Of a DNA stretch of 64,000 nucleotides, positions 26,001 to 38,800 are shown in pieces (positions within the stretch are counted from its first letter, which is position 1; each line of letters opens with the position of its first letter). The stretch is from Phoronis australis (lineage: Eukaryota > Animalia > Phoronida). Both the position numbers and the translations under genes were made by a program. Location of the stretch: contig NMRA01000253.1 in the NCBI GenBank assembly GCA_002633005.1, forward strand, positions 197,251 through 261,250. The letters are read 5' to 3'. The notes under the pieces were generated by a model that had not been told where the DNA came from, ran no database searches, and worked only from the letters and a program-made list of their open reading frames with translations.

Positions 26001-29000
26001 TCCCTCTGGGTGAATGCTGTGCAATCACTGTCAGGGACTATAGTATAGAGGTTCCCTTTTCTTATACACGATGAAGCACGGCCTATAAATATCACAAAAT
26101 CAAAATAAAGTAAACAAGATTGTAATAGATGCTGTAATCAGTATCGACTGATATCTCGTCTCATAGATGTCACACAGCTATAAAACCTTAGCATCTTATC
26201 GACAAGTGTGTGTGCTTAGATAAATATTCAGATACCGAACTATGGATTTTAAGCGTTAGTAATGAGTATTTGTTTTCAGACAGCAAAAACCCTGTAGAAT
26301 TGATGTTTGATTTTTTACCAATGGTTTGGTCATGTGGTCGTGTTTTTTCATTTATTTTAGCAACATATGAATTGCTATGACAGTGACTACCCAGCACGAA
26401 TTGGGCTTACTTGCCATTTGTTCATGGGACATAGAAACGAAGACAGTTGCATTTCGCCCTGTTTAACTGGCTGAAAGTGAAAATGGAACAGACATTTTGC
26501 TCTTATAAAATCGGTCTCATAAACCATCACTCTCAAAACAGTGGTAAAATTCCTTTCCGTGAATAAGATGAAGATAGATAATGTGAGCTTTAACCATTCG
26601 GAATTTATTGGGGTTGTCACACTTCAGAATTAAAAATTGACCAAAGAAGACGCATCTACTTGAATTGGTAACGGAATCCTTTTACAATAATGAATATTAT
26701 GAGATCAATATATAGGGATTAAAAGCCATAATTCGATGTTCGTTTTTAGTCAGCTTACCAGGTCCAAATGAAGTTTTAAGTAATGAAATACAAATGTACT
26801 TCAAAATTTCGTTCTTAGATAGCAGACTAATCAGGAATATTAAAGTGCGCTTACCACTGTGCTGGTTCACTAAACATTATCGTGCAGTGATGTAAAGTAT
26901 CAAAAGCGAAATTGCAAACCTGTTGGAACTCGTGGCATTATTTGATTGGTTAGTGGTTTTGCACACGTTGTCCGGTTGGGGAAGTCACATACACACGGCT
27001 TCACGTTGAACTGGAGGTTGCTGGAGCACATGAATGTGCCGGAGACATTTGTATATACATTTCTTTGCGTAAACCTTCTACAGTTTGTACCGGGTACAAT
27101 TTTGTATTCGTTTCCTCTTTGGTAACAGGTAGTCGATGACGCTGAAATGTTGAATCATACTAATAACTTAGAAGTTGCGAACAGTTCAGATCTTTGAGTG
27201 AGGCTTATCATGTCGACTGTAGGATCGAGGTTCAATAACGCTAACTTTGTCACTAGTGAGACAGTAGCCGTGAGATTTGTTGGTTAATTTTACCTTTTTG
27301 TAACCATCATTGAATCAAGTCGCTAAAAACTTTCGTTATAGCAGTATAGCCTACATAAAACAAGCAAGATTACAAACGGGTACAAATGCAAGTCTATAAG
27401 ACTGCAACTCCAAAATGATATGGTAGACGTCCGAAAGGGTTTCGGAATAAGCAAATTCTAAATGTGTCTGCAAATACAATATATCTTGGCCCTTTTATAC
27501 GAACCTTTAGCCTATTTTAATTGGCACGGTATTTCAATTGGTCATTTCTCAAGCCACATTTAGCTGTTACAGCGCACTCAGAAGAACGGGTACACGTATT
27601 TCGTGCAGTTACATGTAGTTTGGGAACTTGGGTTGTAAGTTTGCACTTCTTAACGGTTTAAGGAATTCGTGGCCGTTTGTGAAGAACTAAGTTAAACTCA
27701 CTCGGTGAGGGACCGGGATTTGCACATTTTGTCCTGTTTCTGTAGTCACACACGCAGACAGCCACGTTGAACTGCAGATTTGCGGGACAATAAACTCTGT
27801 CTGTCTTATTTGTCTTCAAGTCCCTCTGGGTAAATGCTGTGCAGTCACTGCCAGGCACTATAGTATAGAGGTTCCCTTTTCTTGTACACGATGAAGAACT
27901 ACCTAAAAATATTACAAAATCAAAATCAAAATCAACATGAAATAAAGTTAACAAGGCTGTTAAAGATGCGGGTTGCGGATCGAGAGCTTAGAACTTGGAG
28001 CGCTAACTTTGAACTTATGTTAATGTCCTATTTTTGATATTTCGAAAATCATAACAACTAAAGGGAAAATGTAAACCTGCAGGTAACTGCGGCATCATCT
28101 GTATGGCCAATGGCTGAGCGCACCTTGTCCGATACGGGTAATCGCAAACACACGGTCTCACGTTAAATTGAAGATTGCCAGGGCATTGATGTGTGCCAGA
28201 GACATTTGTAAATACATTTCTTTGCGAAAACCGTCTGCAGTTGGTTCCTGGAATTATTTTGTACTCATTGCCTTTCTGATAGCAAGTGGAGGAAGAACCT
28301 AAAATGTAATAATATCAATTAATGTTTTTCAATATTATTTGACCTTATTCAGGCTGTCATCTGATTACAGAGGCTAGCTCTACAGAGAACTAATTTGATA
28401 TACTGTCAAATTACCAAAAATATAACGAAGGAATTACATGTGTATGAACACTGTTCAAACGAACAGGTGAAACACTATGCAGCACGATACTAAAGAGCTA
28501 CTGTATACTCGAGTTTCCTTCGTTACACGAGGTCTTGATAATTGTACACGAATGCATTCAAGCGTTTCTGGTCTATACTCTTATTATTGTACAATGCATT
28601 TTTCGTAATAGACATTTAGAAAGTGGTGTTTTTATCGACCTTAAAGCCACAATGAACAAAATTTTTGGAATGGTGCTTTTGTTTTGCATGCAGTAGTAAC
28701 TGTACATGTACATGTATACAATATACTACATGACCTGGATGCTTACTTGGCGTAAAAGATGCACACTTTGTCCTGTAACTGTAGTCACATACACAGACGG
28801 CCACGTTGAACTGCAGGTGTGCCGGGCAGTAAAGTTTGTCTGTCTTATTCGTCTTCAAGTCCCTCTGCGTGAACGCCGTGCAATTACTTCCAGGAACAAC
28901 GGTGTAAAGATTTCCTTTTCTGGTGCAAGACGTGCCTATGCCTGTGTACAGCAATTACATCTTATCGTAGTCACTACGTTGAAATCAGTGTCTAAGTATG

Positions 29001-30290
29001 TATTGCACTTGAAGATACATTATCGGGCTTTCGTAAGGAAAATGCATTGTCTGGAATAGTGTGAAACGGGATAGACTTCTCGGAGTTATTGTCGTTGACC
29101 GGTACTTTTTTACGATTTCACTACAAATGGTCATTTCACGCTGTTGCCTGACAAGCATTTTCTGAAACCAGGTCCCCTTATACGCTTAGAACACTCTCTC
29201 ATTCACTGTCTAAGTAAGCTCCTACAATGGACTGAGTCCACGCAATTCTCAGGTTCCATTCCGCGCTGAGGCTAATCCCAGAAAATACTTCTCTCGCCGA
29301 CGATGTCCCTTTAAATGCCCAAAATATGTTTAAAATGGTTTTCATGTTCAAGTTGAACATTATCGCCAGGACCATGTTGGTTGGTCACAAATATATGGAA
29401 CTAGAACTAATTAGTTACGGGGTCCGTTGTCAAGTGTTCATGTGTGACATATGTCGATATCAAGTGTGTCACATTTCCTGTGTCCCGAAACGTGAAATAA
29501 ACACTAAATTGTGGCAAAAATGAAATGTGCTTACACTGCCATCGTCTCTGTTGGCTAAGTGGCTGGCATATCGTCTTTGTTGGGCTAAACTTACCACTCG
29601 TCGCAATGATTTTGCTTCCGGTTGTTTGTCTCGGTAGATTTCAAACAACGAACAGTTGAGCGCGACGTCGCTGTGCATTACGATTAGTTCGTCCCGTTTT
29701 TGTAATGTAATTCAGTGTCTACTTGGATACCAGACAAAGATAAGCGACCTTGTACAAGTACATGCTAAAAAAGCGCTAAAATATGTCAGTGGGCCAACAC
29801 TTGTTGTAAGAGTCATTATACTGTACATTGAGACGCATTAAATCATTGTTGGATGGAATAGACTTTTAAAGGTATTAACATTGACGAGAAATACAAAGCA
29901 GCAAAATACGTTGTGTGGCTTTATTACAAATCGCTAATACCCTTTCGCTGCCAGACAAGACGATGAAGGCAAAGCCGGCCATTTCAATGTTGTTAAAATT
30001 ACCGGATTTTTACGTTTTAAGTCTTAGGATTTGGCACAGCGACATTGAGTAAGGCTCCGTTCACCTGTGCCGGGAGCCCGTAGGTTCAAATTCGGATTAC
30101 TGCTAATTTCTTTTAAATTGCCCTTTTATACAAAAACGTTCCTTTAATCAGCATGATCCATTTTTTTCATTTCTAGTTAAAAAGCTGCTTTAGGTAGTTA
30201 AAAGTGTGCATTACTGACAATTAGGTATTTACCTGCGCCAACGACTGTAAAGGTGCATATCAGTAGGACTGCTGCTGTCAACGACTTCAT
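22795..30290 (-). CDS. Gene A: secreted ~520-aa protein; signal peptide + 6 variant CBM14-like chitin-binding domains (X-Y-X-Y-X-Y) + 1 six-Cys helical domain
   Basis: Exons 30290-30233, 28941-28747, 28298-28077, 27902-27702, 27141-26920, 26082-25882, 23653-23432, 23036-22795. All introns are GT-AG phase 1. The joined length is 1563 nt, open from ATG to TAA. Confidence 0.9.
23209..23361. mobile_element. 153-bp MITE
   Basis: TIRs CAGGGGCGGATCCAG / CTAAATCCGCCACTG; 5-bp direct repeat AATAT on both sides. Confidence 0.85.
23432..23653 (-). CDS. Gene A exon 7, CBM14-like domain subtype Y
   Basis: CYEKGNEYKIVTGTNCRWFTQRNVFTNVSGTHLCPKNLQFNVRPCVCDYPSRTTC; 222 nt, phase 1-1. Confidence 0.92.
24813..25112. 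mobile_element. Two inverted copies of a ~130-140-bp MITE (24813-24957 and 24988-25112); third copy at ~41210-41349
   Basis: Each unit is bounded by cgttcagta(a)c / gttactgaacg. The first unit is flanked by the direct repeat (gag)ccaggttt. Confidence 0.85.
25882..26082 (-). CDS. Gene A exon 6, CBM14-like domain subtype X
   Basis: CIRKGNLYTIVPDSDCTAFTQRDLKTNKTDKLYCPSNLQFNVAVCVCDYRNRTKC; 201 nt, phase 1-1. Confidence 0.92.
26920..27141 (-). CDS. Gene A exon 5, CBM14-like domain subtype Y
   Basis: CYQRGNEYKIVPGTNCRRFTQRNVYTNVSGTFMCSSNLQFNVKPCVCDFPNRTTC; 222 nt. Not in the ORF track. Confidence 0.92.
27702..27902 (-). CDS. Gene A exon 4, CBM14-like domain subtype X
   Basis: CTRKGNLYTIVPGSDCTAFTQRDLKTNKTDRVYCPANLQFNVAVCVCDYRNRTKC; 201 nt. 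Confidence 0.92.
28077..28298 (-). CDS. Gene A exon 3, CBM14-like domain subtype Y
   Basis: CYQKGNEYKIIPGTNCRRFSQRNVFTNVSGTHQCPGNLQFNVRPCVCDYPYRTRC; 222 nt. Not in the ORF track. Confidence 0.92.
28747..28941 (-). CDS. Gene A exon 2, CBM14-like domain subtype X
   Basis: CTRKGNLYTVVPGSNCTAFTQRDLKTNKTDKLYCPAHLQFNVAVCVCDYSYRTKC; 195 nt. Confidence 0.92.
30233..30290 (-). CDS. Gene A exon 1, signal peptide
   Basis: MKSLTAAVLLICTFTVVGA|G; 58 coding nt; donor GTAAAT, phase 1. Confidence 0.85.
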
Positions 30291-30348
30291 GTTCGACAAT
30301 GTCACCCTATCCAAGTCAGTAAATGCGGACCATGAGTGACGGACGATG

Positions 30349-30452
30349 TTTATAAGTAACGAGTTATACGTCACGCGGTCGTCATGTGCGTGACGAGGAA
30401 GAAACCACGGACCTATTGTTAAATGTCTTATCATGGGAAATTCACCGATAAG
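30349..30452 (-). promoter_or_regulatory. Gene A core promoter: TATA box plus GATA / kB-like / GATA cluster
   Basis: TATAAA at 30354-30349, ~60 nt before the ATG. On the + strand, 30427-30452 reads CTTATC at GGGAAATTCACC GATAAG. Confidence 0.5.
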
Positions 30453-31329
30453 TCACGCTGTGTTTATTACTTTTCAAGAGAGTTACGATTAAAACCGAAA
30501 CTGCAACTAAAGAAATTTTCAGAAATTTTGTATGCGTACCTGTAAGACGCGTTAGTTGTCAGGATTTTCATCCGTGGAAATAGCCTGTATGATGTGTATG
30601 TTCATTTAAATTGATGATACCTGATTCACATGTATTTGTACGTTAGACCTATACATGTGCGACACAAACGTACAATGTGCTATGATAAGACACCCGTTGT
30701 TTAACTTTATAGGATTTCATAATTTTTAAAGATTAGATAGAGACAGTGTTGTGGTCGCTGTTTACTAGCTACATACAATGTATACGTACATTTTAATTTG
30801 ATATTATGTTGGTTGTAGGCATAACAGAAACGAAACCGAAACCATGCATCGTCATAACGATTAGCAGGTCGTCTTTTGATCTAGAATTTAGTTTCATCGT
30901 TTGATACAGTAAAACCGGATTTTTGAAATGGCGTTGTTGGGTGACACTGTAGGATGGCGTTTTTATAACCTGTGCCTCAGGTGTATTACAATAGGATTAG
31001 GTCTGTGTCGCCTCACTTATCCACAATATCAATGATTCTTTATCAATGTTCACCTAAAAAGGATTATCAAGGGTATAATACTCATTTGAGTTATAGAAGT
31101 GACACCATACTGCGTGTAGACACAGGGCCTACTTGCTTGTGTATGTATACATGCACATGTATGTAGCTTACGATACATGACTATTCAACTGCCTGATGAT
31201 CTCACCTTCACCGCAAAGCAAATGCGGAATTTTCTCAATTAATAAAATAAAAGATTGGATACGTAAAGGGTCTAGAACAGTTTGTTCTCTTTGTCGTCCT
31301 AATGCGTGTTTTGTCAATCAACTATTGGC

Positions 31330-31400
31330 TGTGTGTTTGTGTGTGTGTGTGTGTGCGTGTGTGTGCGCACGTGCGTGTGCGTGTGTGTGTGCGCGCGCGC
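31330..31400. repeat. (TG)n/(CG)n alternating purine-pyrimidine microsatellite
   Basis: gtgtgtgt...gtgcgtgtgtgtgtgcgcgcgcgc. A similar tract lies at ~17466-17517. Confidence 0.9.
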
Positions 31401-32672
31401 GGAGTGCTAGATGCAAAGTTCTCTCAAAATCAAAATTCGAATGAAATAATGTTAGAAACTGTTTATTTTCATTTCAAAACATCGGTGGTGATTTGTACGA
31501 TCAGAATTCCTCAGCACGACATAGTATGGCAGCTTTTACCCAACTGACGCTTCCGTGTATTTACGTGTATTTTGGCTCGGACGTTATCCTGAACAATGAC
31601 TTGGCAATAAAATGGATAGCCAGTGTGCAATTTAAATGAATGTAGTTAAACAAGAATACACGTACATGTAGATATAAAATAACGAACAAGAATTGCATTA
31701 TCACTCAGGTCGCACTGCAAGCTTTGTTGATCGAAACAACGGGATTCGAAGAGTTCTCTATACATCTATCAATATAACGAACAAGCTATTTCACAAAACA
31801 GTTAGGATTCAACTTAGTCACATCTATCAACGCCCTACACCGTGTCATTTAACCTTAGTCGAGATCACCTAAAAGAATTTGATCACGTTTAGACGAAAGA
31901 CCAGCTGTCGTTACACCGGTTGCATAGACTCGATTCAAAGGCTAAGTTTCCCTACACTACACACTAGTGCATGTGTACTTATGTCAATGCTTTCGTCTTG
32001 GGATCATTTTGCACACGATTTAAAGCAATTATTAAGGTCTGCGCTAACTTGAATTAAAGTAGTTGTAGACCAGCCTTCCATCATTACAACCAACCTTCAA
32101 TTTAGACAATTACTGTACGAATTTGACCTCGAATTGTTCTTTAGACAGAGGGGTAATTTCGGAGCTTTAGGAAAATTGACAGTTCATTATTGGTTGAAAC
32201 CAAGGACCCGTTGCTTGAATAATATATCGACTTTTGTCTTTTGTCTTTAGCCAAATGTCCCCAATCTGACCACAAAGAGCCAAAAGTTGTTGTTTTATGG
32301 CAATTTAGTATCTCGAAACTTTTTTATTCTGTCTATTGGAGCTAATTTCTGTCTGTTGACTTCGAGTAGCAGACAGATTTTCCTACTTTAAATCTTAGCC
32401 TAATTTTCGTGAAAAGGCTAGGCTGATTTTTAGTGGAAAGGAGCCCCAGCCACTATTGGTTGGCGTGTCAGGGTGAACATGTCTCGATGAACAGCGAACA
32501 GTCGACTCTTTGCAAGTCTCGAAATCACTAGCATCTTAATAAGGAACAAGTCTAAACCAATTTTGTACCGGCGATGGAGCGCTGGTTTATAGCTACTTTA
32601 AACATTAAAAATCAACAACGCGGAAGACGATTTACTAGAAATATGCGTTCTTACATCTTCAGAAGAGATCTT

Positions 32673-32899
32673 TTATGACTTGTTTGAGCTTGCAGTCAAA
32701 GTCGCGGAAAACGAGTAACTTTCCGCCGGAGTCTTCTCTTTGGCGCTCAAACAAGAGGCAGCGCAAAGGAATCCCTTGGCACCAACTTCTCTCATCCAGC
32801 ACCTGATGTCGCTGTAACATTTGCTGCTCAGCTTGGCAACATCTGGCTGAGATCCGCCCAGGCATTTGGCAACGCATTCTTCAGAAACACTTGCGTCGC
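32673..32899 (-). CDS. Gene B terminal exon: helical domain and tail
   Basis: SDASVSEECVAKCLGGSQPDVAKLSSKCYSDIRCWMREVGAKGFLCAASCLSAKEKTPAESYSFSATLTASSNKS*. This frame is absent from the ORF track. Confidence 0.88.
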
Positions 32900-35800
32900 C
32901 TGTAAAATAAGTGAAAATTGTACTGTGTATATGTACAATAGTATAGCAAGGGGCGAGCAGGTGTTATTTTTATTGATGTCGAAACACCACAGATCTCATC
33001 TGAAACTTTTAAACGAACGCGCGGAATGTTTCCTTGCACATTATGTTCGCAAAATGGTTTCAATGGAGCACCCACTGTGCATATAGACACACGGAGTGTC
33101 ATCTGTTAACAAGATTTGGCGAACATATTTAATACATTTGCTTACAATGATCACCTGCGACGAAACTATTATTTGTTGTAATATTTTATGATGTACTAGC
33201 AATGTTTTATTTATCATTTAAAGGGAATGTGCATTTAGACAATACAAACAGTTCGTGAAGTTAAGACCGCCCACTCTTCTGTCACTCATCACACAACTAG
33301 GTCAAATTTTGTTTGCTGCACGCGAGCATTGCTCGAACTAAAACGGAGTTTTGTTTAAGTCCATGCAATAACCAGAGCCAAAAGCATGTTCTCAGGGGAC
33401 TCGGCTCTGAATCAAAACTTAACCAGTCACGCTGCGTGAACAAATGTGTAAGTTTCAGTAAGCTTGTCATGCAATTGGTCAATTGTTGAGTCCATTTTCG
33501 AGTGCAGAGAATAGACCCTTTGGAGTTATTAACTGTTATCCTGTTTTGTTGGAAGCTACACTCTTGTAAACATTTGCCAAGGTGGGCTTTCTCCTTATGT
33601 CCGGTCGAGTGAATGAGAAAACTTCAAAGAAGACTAACAAAGCATGCATTTCAACACAGCATATCTAAAGGGAAATCGTCTTAAAAACTTTACATGTATG
33701 TATGTTACTTTATTCGTTCCTGTTGTGAAAAAAAATAAAATGAAGTTGCGACACAATGGGCTATTTCAAAATGTTGTTCTTGAGAGCACTATTTGAAAGA
33801 TTGGCAATTTGAAAATTTTCATGACGTACTTTGGTGACCAATTGGTTGCGTGGCCGTGCATTTTGTCCTGTTCCTATAGTCACATACACAAACGTCGACG
33901 TTAAATTGCAGACCTGTCGGGCAGTGTTGGGTGTACGTCTGATTCGTTTTTACGGTTCTTTGAGTAAATGTCCTGCAGTCCGTGCCAGGAACCACGGTGT
34001 ACACTATGCCGTTACGTGTACACGATGGTGGCGAATCTAGGATCACAAAGGGGGCTTTGTTTACTTTGTTGAATAAGCATGGCTATTGACAGACATTGTT
34101 TGAAAAACTGTTTTACGTTCAGTAAGGAAAACTACAAGTGTTGTGCATCTGACCCGGATTCAGAAAAAGACCATGTGGTCCAGACCCCACGCTCAGTTAC
34201 GTTTGCATTTATGTACTGTAAGAATATGACGTGCCTATTATGCATGTCGATCCAATGCCAATGTGCATTTGCTCATAATCCTGGGTGAAGCACTGAGTAA
34301 GTCAATAACCTCAATGTAATGTAACACAAAAAGCAGCTGTGCTCGCTTGTTGCTAGCTAACAACTGTTATTATCTCCCCTTACTGGTTTCTAGCTTGTTC
34401 CTGCCAAACCTGGGGACCACTCATCTGACTTGCACGCCTACACGTACAGCATCGGCATTTTACAATAACTGACTATTTTGCAAATATTCTGTGATGTGGT
34501 CTGCCCAGCAAGTCGAAGCTTACCGGGATATTCAACTTATTTCACACAAAAAATATAATTTTTTTTTCATTTTCCAAAGGCAGATTGCTTTGCTACAAAT
34601 TATGGAAATCTTACTAAATGTTTTTTTTCCGACATTTAAAAAATGCAAACCAAGCTTATCAATGGACAACATTATTCTTAATCATTTTTGATGAGAAAAT
34701 TGAATAAATAGAACTTCACTTTTCCGCCATATGATTGTAAGCCATGATACATGTAAGTAAGCGACGAATTTCCGTACTTTACGAATGATCAACTTCCGGC
34801 CGTCTATAAAGATTTATGACTACATGCTGAGCTCCCAACTTTCCAGTGAGAAAGCTCTCCTCTGGGATACGCTGTTTCTCCCCATCAAAAATGTGACAAT
34901 TTTAACATCTCATAATCTGAAGCCATTGCAAAATACATGCACAGCTACGTAAACATACAGGTGATTTCGACGTCAGATTAAATCACTTCAGTCACTATTA
35001 TGTGTGTTCACTTTCGGTACAAGAGATACACAAAGGAAGCCAATTCAAGCAATGCATAAATTAAAATTAGGCAAAGAGGTGGAACGTCATAATGAAGTTT
35101 TTCCAATACTGAGTTTGTCTTGTTAGGCCAAAAATAGCCCAAGTGGTTCTAGTTTGCGTCCAACTCATTTCGAAAGCTGGGCCTCAAAGCTGACACAAGA
35201 TTGCTTTGGGTAAAAAGGTTAACATTACGAAGGACCTTGACTCGTTTCAGCCGGCATCGCTTACCTTTTTAGAAAATAAGGGCAACTAAAATTACTGCAT
35301 CACCGCATCAGTCTTCACCAAAAATACACAGTTATTGTACTGTGGCTTAACAATGACGTTTAGACTTTACTTGATGTGAGATGTGATTTCACCAATGAGA
35401 AAGATTTAACGGGCAAATGGATTATTGAGAATACTTGCGCACTTGTGTACAGTATGGATGTAGTTAGAGCATCCTTTGTTTGTCTTGCGCATAGCAGGAA
35501 GTGCTGGGTTCGAGCCAATGCTGAGGCTGAATCTTAGAATAAATACAAGTCACGTGGTGTGATTAGCAGATGTCGTGAAGAGAAACTACTGCTGCATACA
35601 CTGTTCTGATATTACCGCTAAGCATCCGGATTCAGCAAAAAATCAAAAACGTGTTTGATTAAATAAGTAAATATTATCATGATCACAAATAACTGATTGA
35701 AGCGAAATGTCATGTTCAAACCAATAATCACTCTGTGACTGCGGTTATTTCGAGTGCTTTGCTTTTGCTGTGGCTGAACACTGGTGGTTCATTCAGTGAT

Positions 35801-38800
35801 GATTACAGGAGACCCAGAATAGGGTAGATTAATTCAATTTTGATAGTGGTATGGCTAACAAAAAATAAAATTTAGCCACACAAATAGCAGAAAACTTCAC
35901 ACACCTTTATACTACAATACTTTGCTGTTGCAAGTCTTTTAAGCACGGTACATCGGTAAATTTTTACAATGTGCAGAAAACAACGTACTTGTCACAGACT
36001 TTTCAGTGTGGGATTCCAGAGACTTGGTAAACAAAATACATCGTCCGGCGCATGTGAGGCCCTTGAAGCCGACCTTTTTCAACCAACAGTTTCCATTAGT
36101 ACCACACTCGTTGTACCATTGTTCAATATCTGCCAGCGATTTACCCAGACATTTGGCCATGCAGTTCAGGAAACGGTTGCCGCCTTTCAAATTAGCTGCA
36201 TGTACAAAAAACACAATGTTAGGCCTGAATGAAATTAAATAAAGAATCTGTGATAATCAATTTTAATCTACGAACACTTTAAACGATTTCCTCCGTAACA
36301 AAAATTGTATGCTGTTTAGGTAATATGACTGGCATACGTCTTCATACGTCATGTATGACTATTACGGCATTAGACCGACCGGTTTCACACTTGCTTTCAC
36401 TAAGAAATTGGCCACCACAGAAACAATTGGTGAGCTAGGCTGGTATTATGAAACAGGGGAGAAAATGACGGAGTACATTGTATGCAAAGTCATTATAACT
36501 GTTCTACAAAACAGCATCAGTCAACTTTTTTGTGAAAGCATTTCTCAGTATATTTATCGTTACGGAACGAACGTACTTGTCAACACCGTTTCTTCTAAGT
36601 CAACGCCGCTGGTTTCCAGGGATTCCGTAAACAATATACATCTTCCGGCGCATGTGAGGCCCTTGAAGCCGACCTTTTTCAACCAACAGTTTCCATTAGT
36701 GCCACACTCGTTGTACCATTGTTCAATATCTGCCAGCGATTTACCCAGACATTTGGCCATGCAGTTCAGGAAACGGTTGCCGCCTTTCAAATTAGCTTCA
36801 TGTACAAAAAACAAAATGTTAGGGCTGAATGAAATTAAATAAAGAATCTGTGATAATCAATTTTAATCTACGAACACTTTAAACGATTTCCTCTGTAACA
36901 AAAATTGTATGCTGTTTAGGTAATATGACTGGCATACGTCTTCATACGTCATGTATGACTATTACGGCATTAGACCGACCGGTTTCACACTTGCTTTCAC
37001 TAAGAAATTGGCCACCACAGAAACAATTGGTGAGCTAGGCTGGTATTATGAAACAGGGGAGAAAATGACGGAGTACATTGTATGCAAAGTCATTATAACT
37101 GTTCTACAAAACAGCATCAGTCAACTTTTTTGTGAAAGCATTTCTCAATATATTTATCGTTACGGAACGAACGTACTTGTCAACACCGTTTCTTCTAAGT
37201 CAACGCCGCTGGTTTCCAGGGATTCTGTATACAATATACAACTTCCAGCGCATGTGAGGCCCTTAAAGCCGACCTTTTTCAACCAACAGTTTCCATTAGT
37301 ACCACACTCGTTGTACCATTGTTCAATATCTGCCAGCGATTTACCCAGACATCTTGCCATACAGTTCAGGAAAGCGTTACGGACCTTCACGTCACCTTAA
37401 ACAACAAAAGGTACATTTCTACAGCATAGAACAAAGTTACCAGACGTCTAACAAGTGGATTTAGCAGGTGAACTAGATGCATCGTACTTTAATTATAAAG
37501 TTCAATCTCCATTGCTTAAAGCCCAAAATTATTCTTTTGATATTATGTCCACTTTAAGCGCACGTGAGCTAGCTGCCTGGCTTCCAACAAATCGAACAAA
37601 TCGAGAGACACCTACGGCGAGAAAATTGACGTCGACGGGCTGTCAGGTGGTGGATCAGATAATCAAATAATCAAATAATTTGCAACGTCGAGGGTGCTAC
37701 CTTTGTGGTGACTGGGAGGAGGGGGCGCTAGGCTATTCGCAATAACAGGGTGAGGCGAAGTTTTGTGTCTCCTACAATGACATTTGCCTTCCTTGCAGGA
37801 ATTCAGAGATCACTTATTTGGCTAAGCAAGGAGCAAAGTGAGACCAATTTTAGTGTTTTAAACCGAGTTCGCTCCTTGCACGGAGCCAAAGTTTATATTC
37901 GTTTTATTTTGCACGGATGTTACCTTCATTGCGTTTCACTTGAGAACAGCTGACGAGAATTGTCAGCCCTTAATCAGCACTGACGTCGGGATTAGACAAC
38001 ACTCAAGCTTCCTACTGTATTTCTTGTTTGATAACTGACCTGATTTAATCTCATGCTCAATGGATGTGACGTCACTGGTTCCATCATCAAACTTGATGCA
38101 ACTCCCAACGCACATCATTCCCTTAAAGCCAACTTTTTTCAACCAGCATTTTTTGTTGTTCCCGCACTCCTTGAACCACTGTTCGATTTCAGCCAGCGAC
38201 TTCCCGAGGCATTTAGCTAGACACTTCACGAAGTCAGGGAGTTCGACTTCTGTGTTTGTTCCGTCCAGAAGACCTATTCAACGAATTAAAGCAAAATTGT
38301 ATTTAGCTAAAAACGACAATTACAAAATAGCTAAAAACTGCTGCTGTTGCTGCTGCTGCTACTGTTTGATTTCAGCCAACGACTTTCCGAGGTATTTAGC
38401 CAGACACTTCACGAAGTTGGGGAGTTTGACTTCTGTTTTTGTTCCGGCAATAAGACCTATTTGACGAATTAAAGTAACATTGTATTTAGCCAGCGACGGC
38501 AATTCCAAAAATAGCTAAAAAAACTGACTACTACCGCTTCTGCTGTTGGTGCTGCTGCGGCGTCGGCTGCTGTTGCTGCTACTAATGCTACTACTACTGC
38601 GACTAGGCCTACTATAAAACCAAAAGCCAAGACATTCGATTACATTTCCCTTCAAAAGCATTAGCATTTACATAATTTTTAAAATTTATTGATCTGTCTA
38701 AACCAACGTCTAGCCTATTTACATCGTCACGACGATCTTCCCTTCGATCTTCTTTAGGTGTTTAGCATTTATGAGTAAACAGTCTTCACAAACTCAGTAG

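Noticed and set aside
29469-29678. Minus-strand ORF with RR sites that looks like a pro-peptide exon of gene A
   Set aside because: No acceptor/donor pair I tried gives a stop-free phase 1-1 exon (35, 76, 95 or 136 nt).
30040-30110. tRNA/SINE-like box (ggttcaaattc)
   Set aside because: Only a B-box-like fragment; I could not build a cloverleaf.
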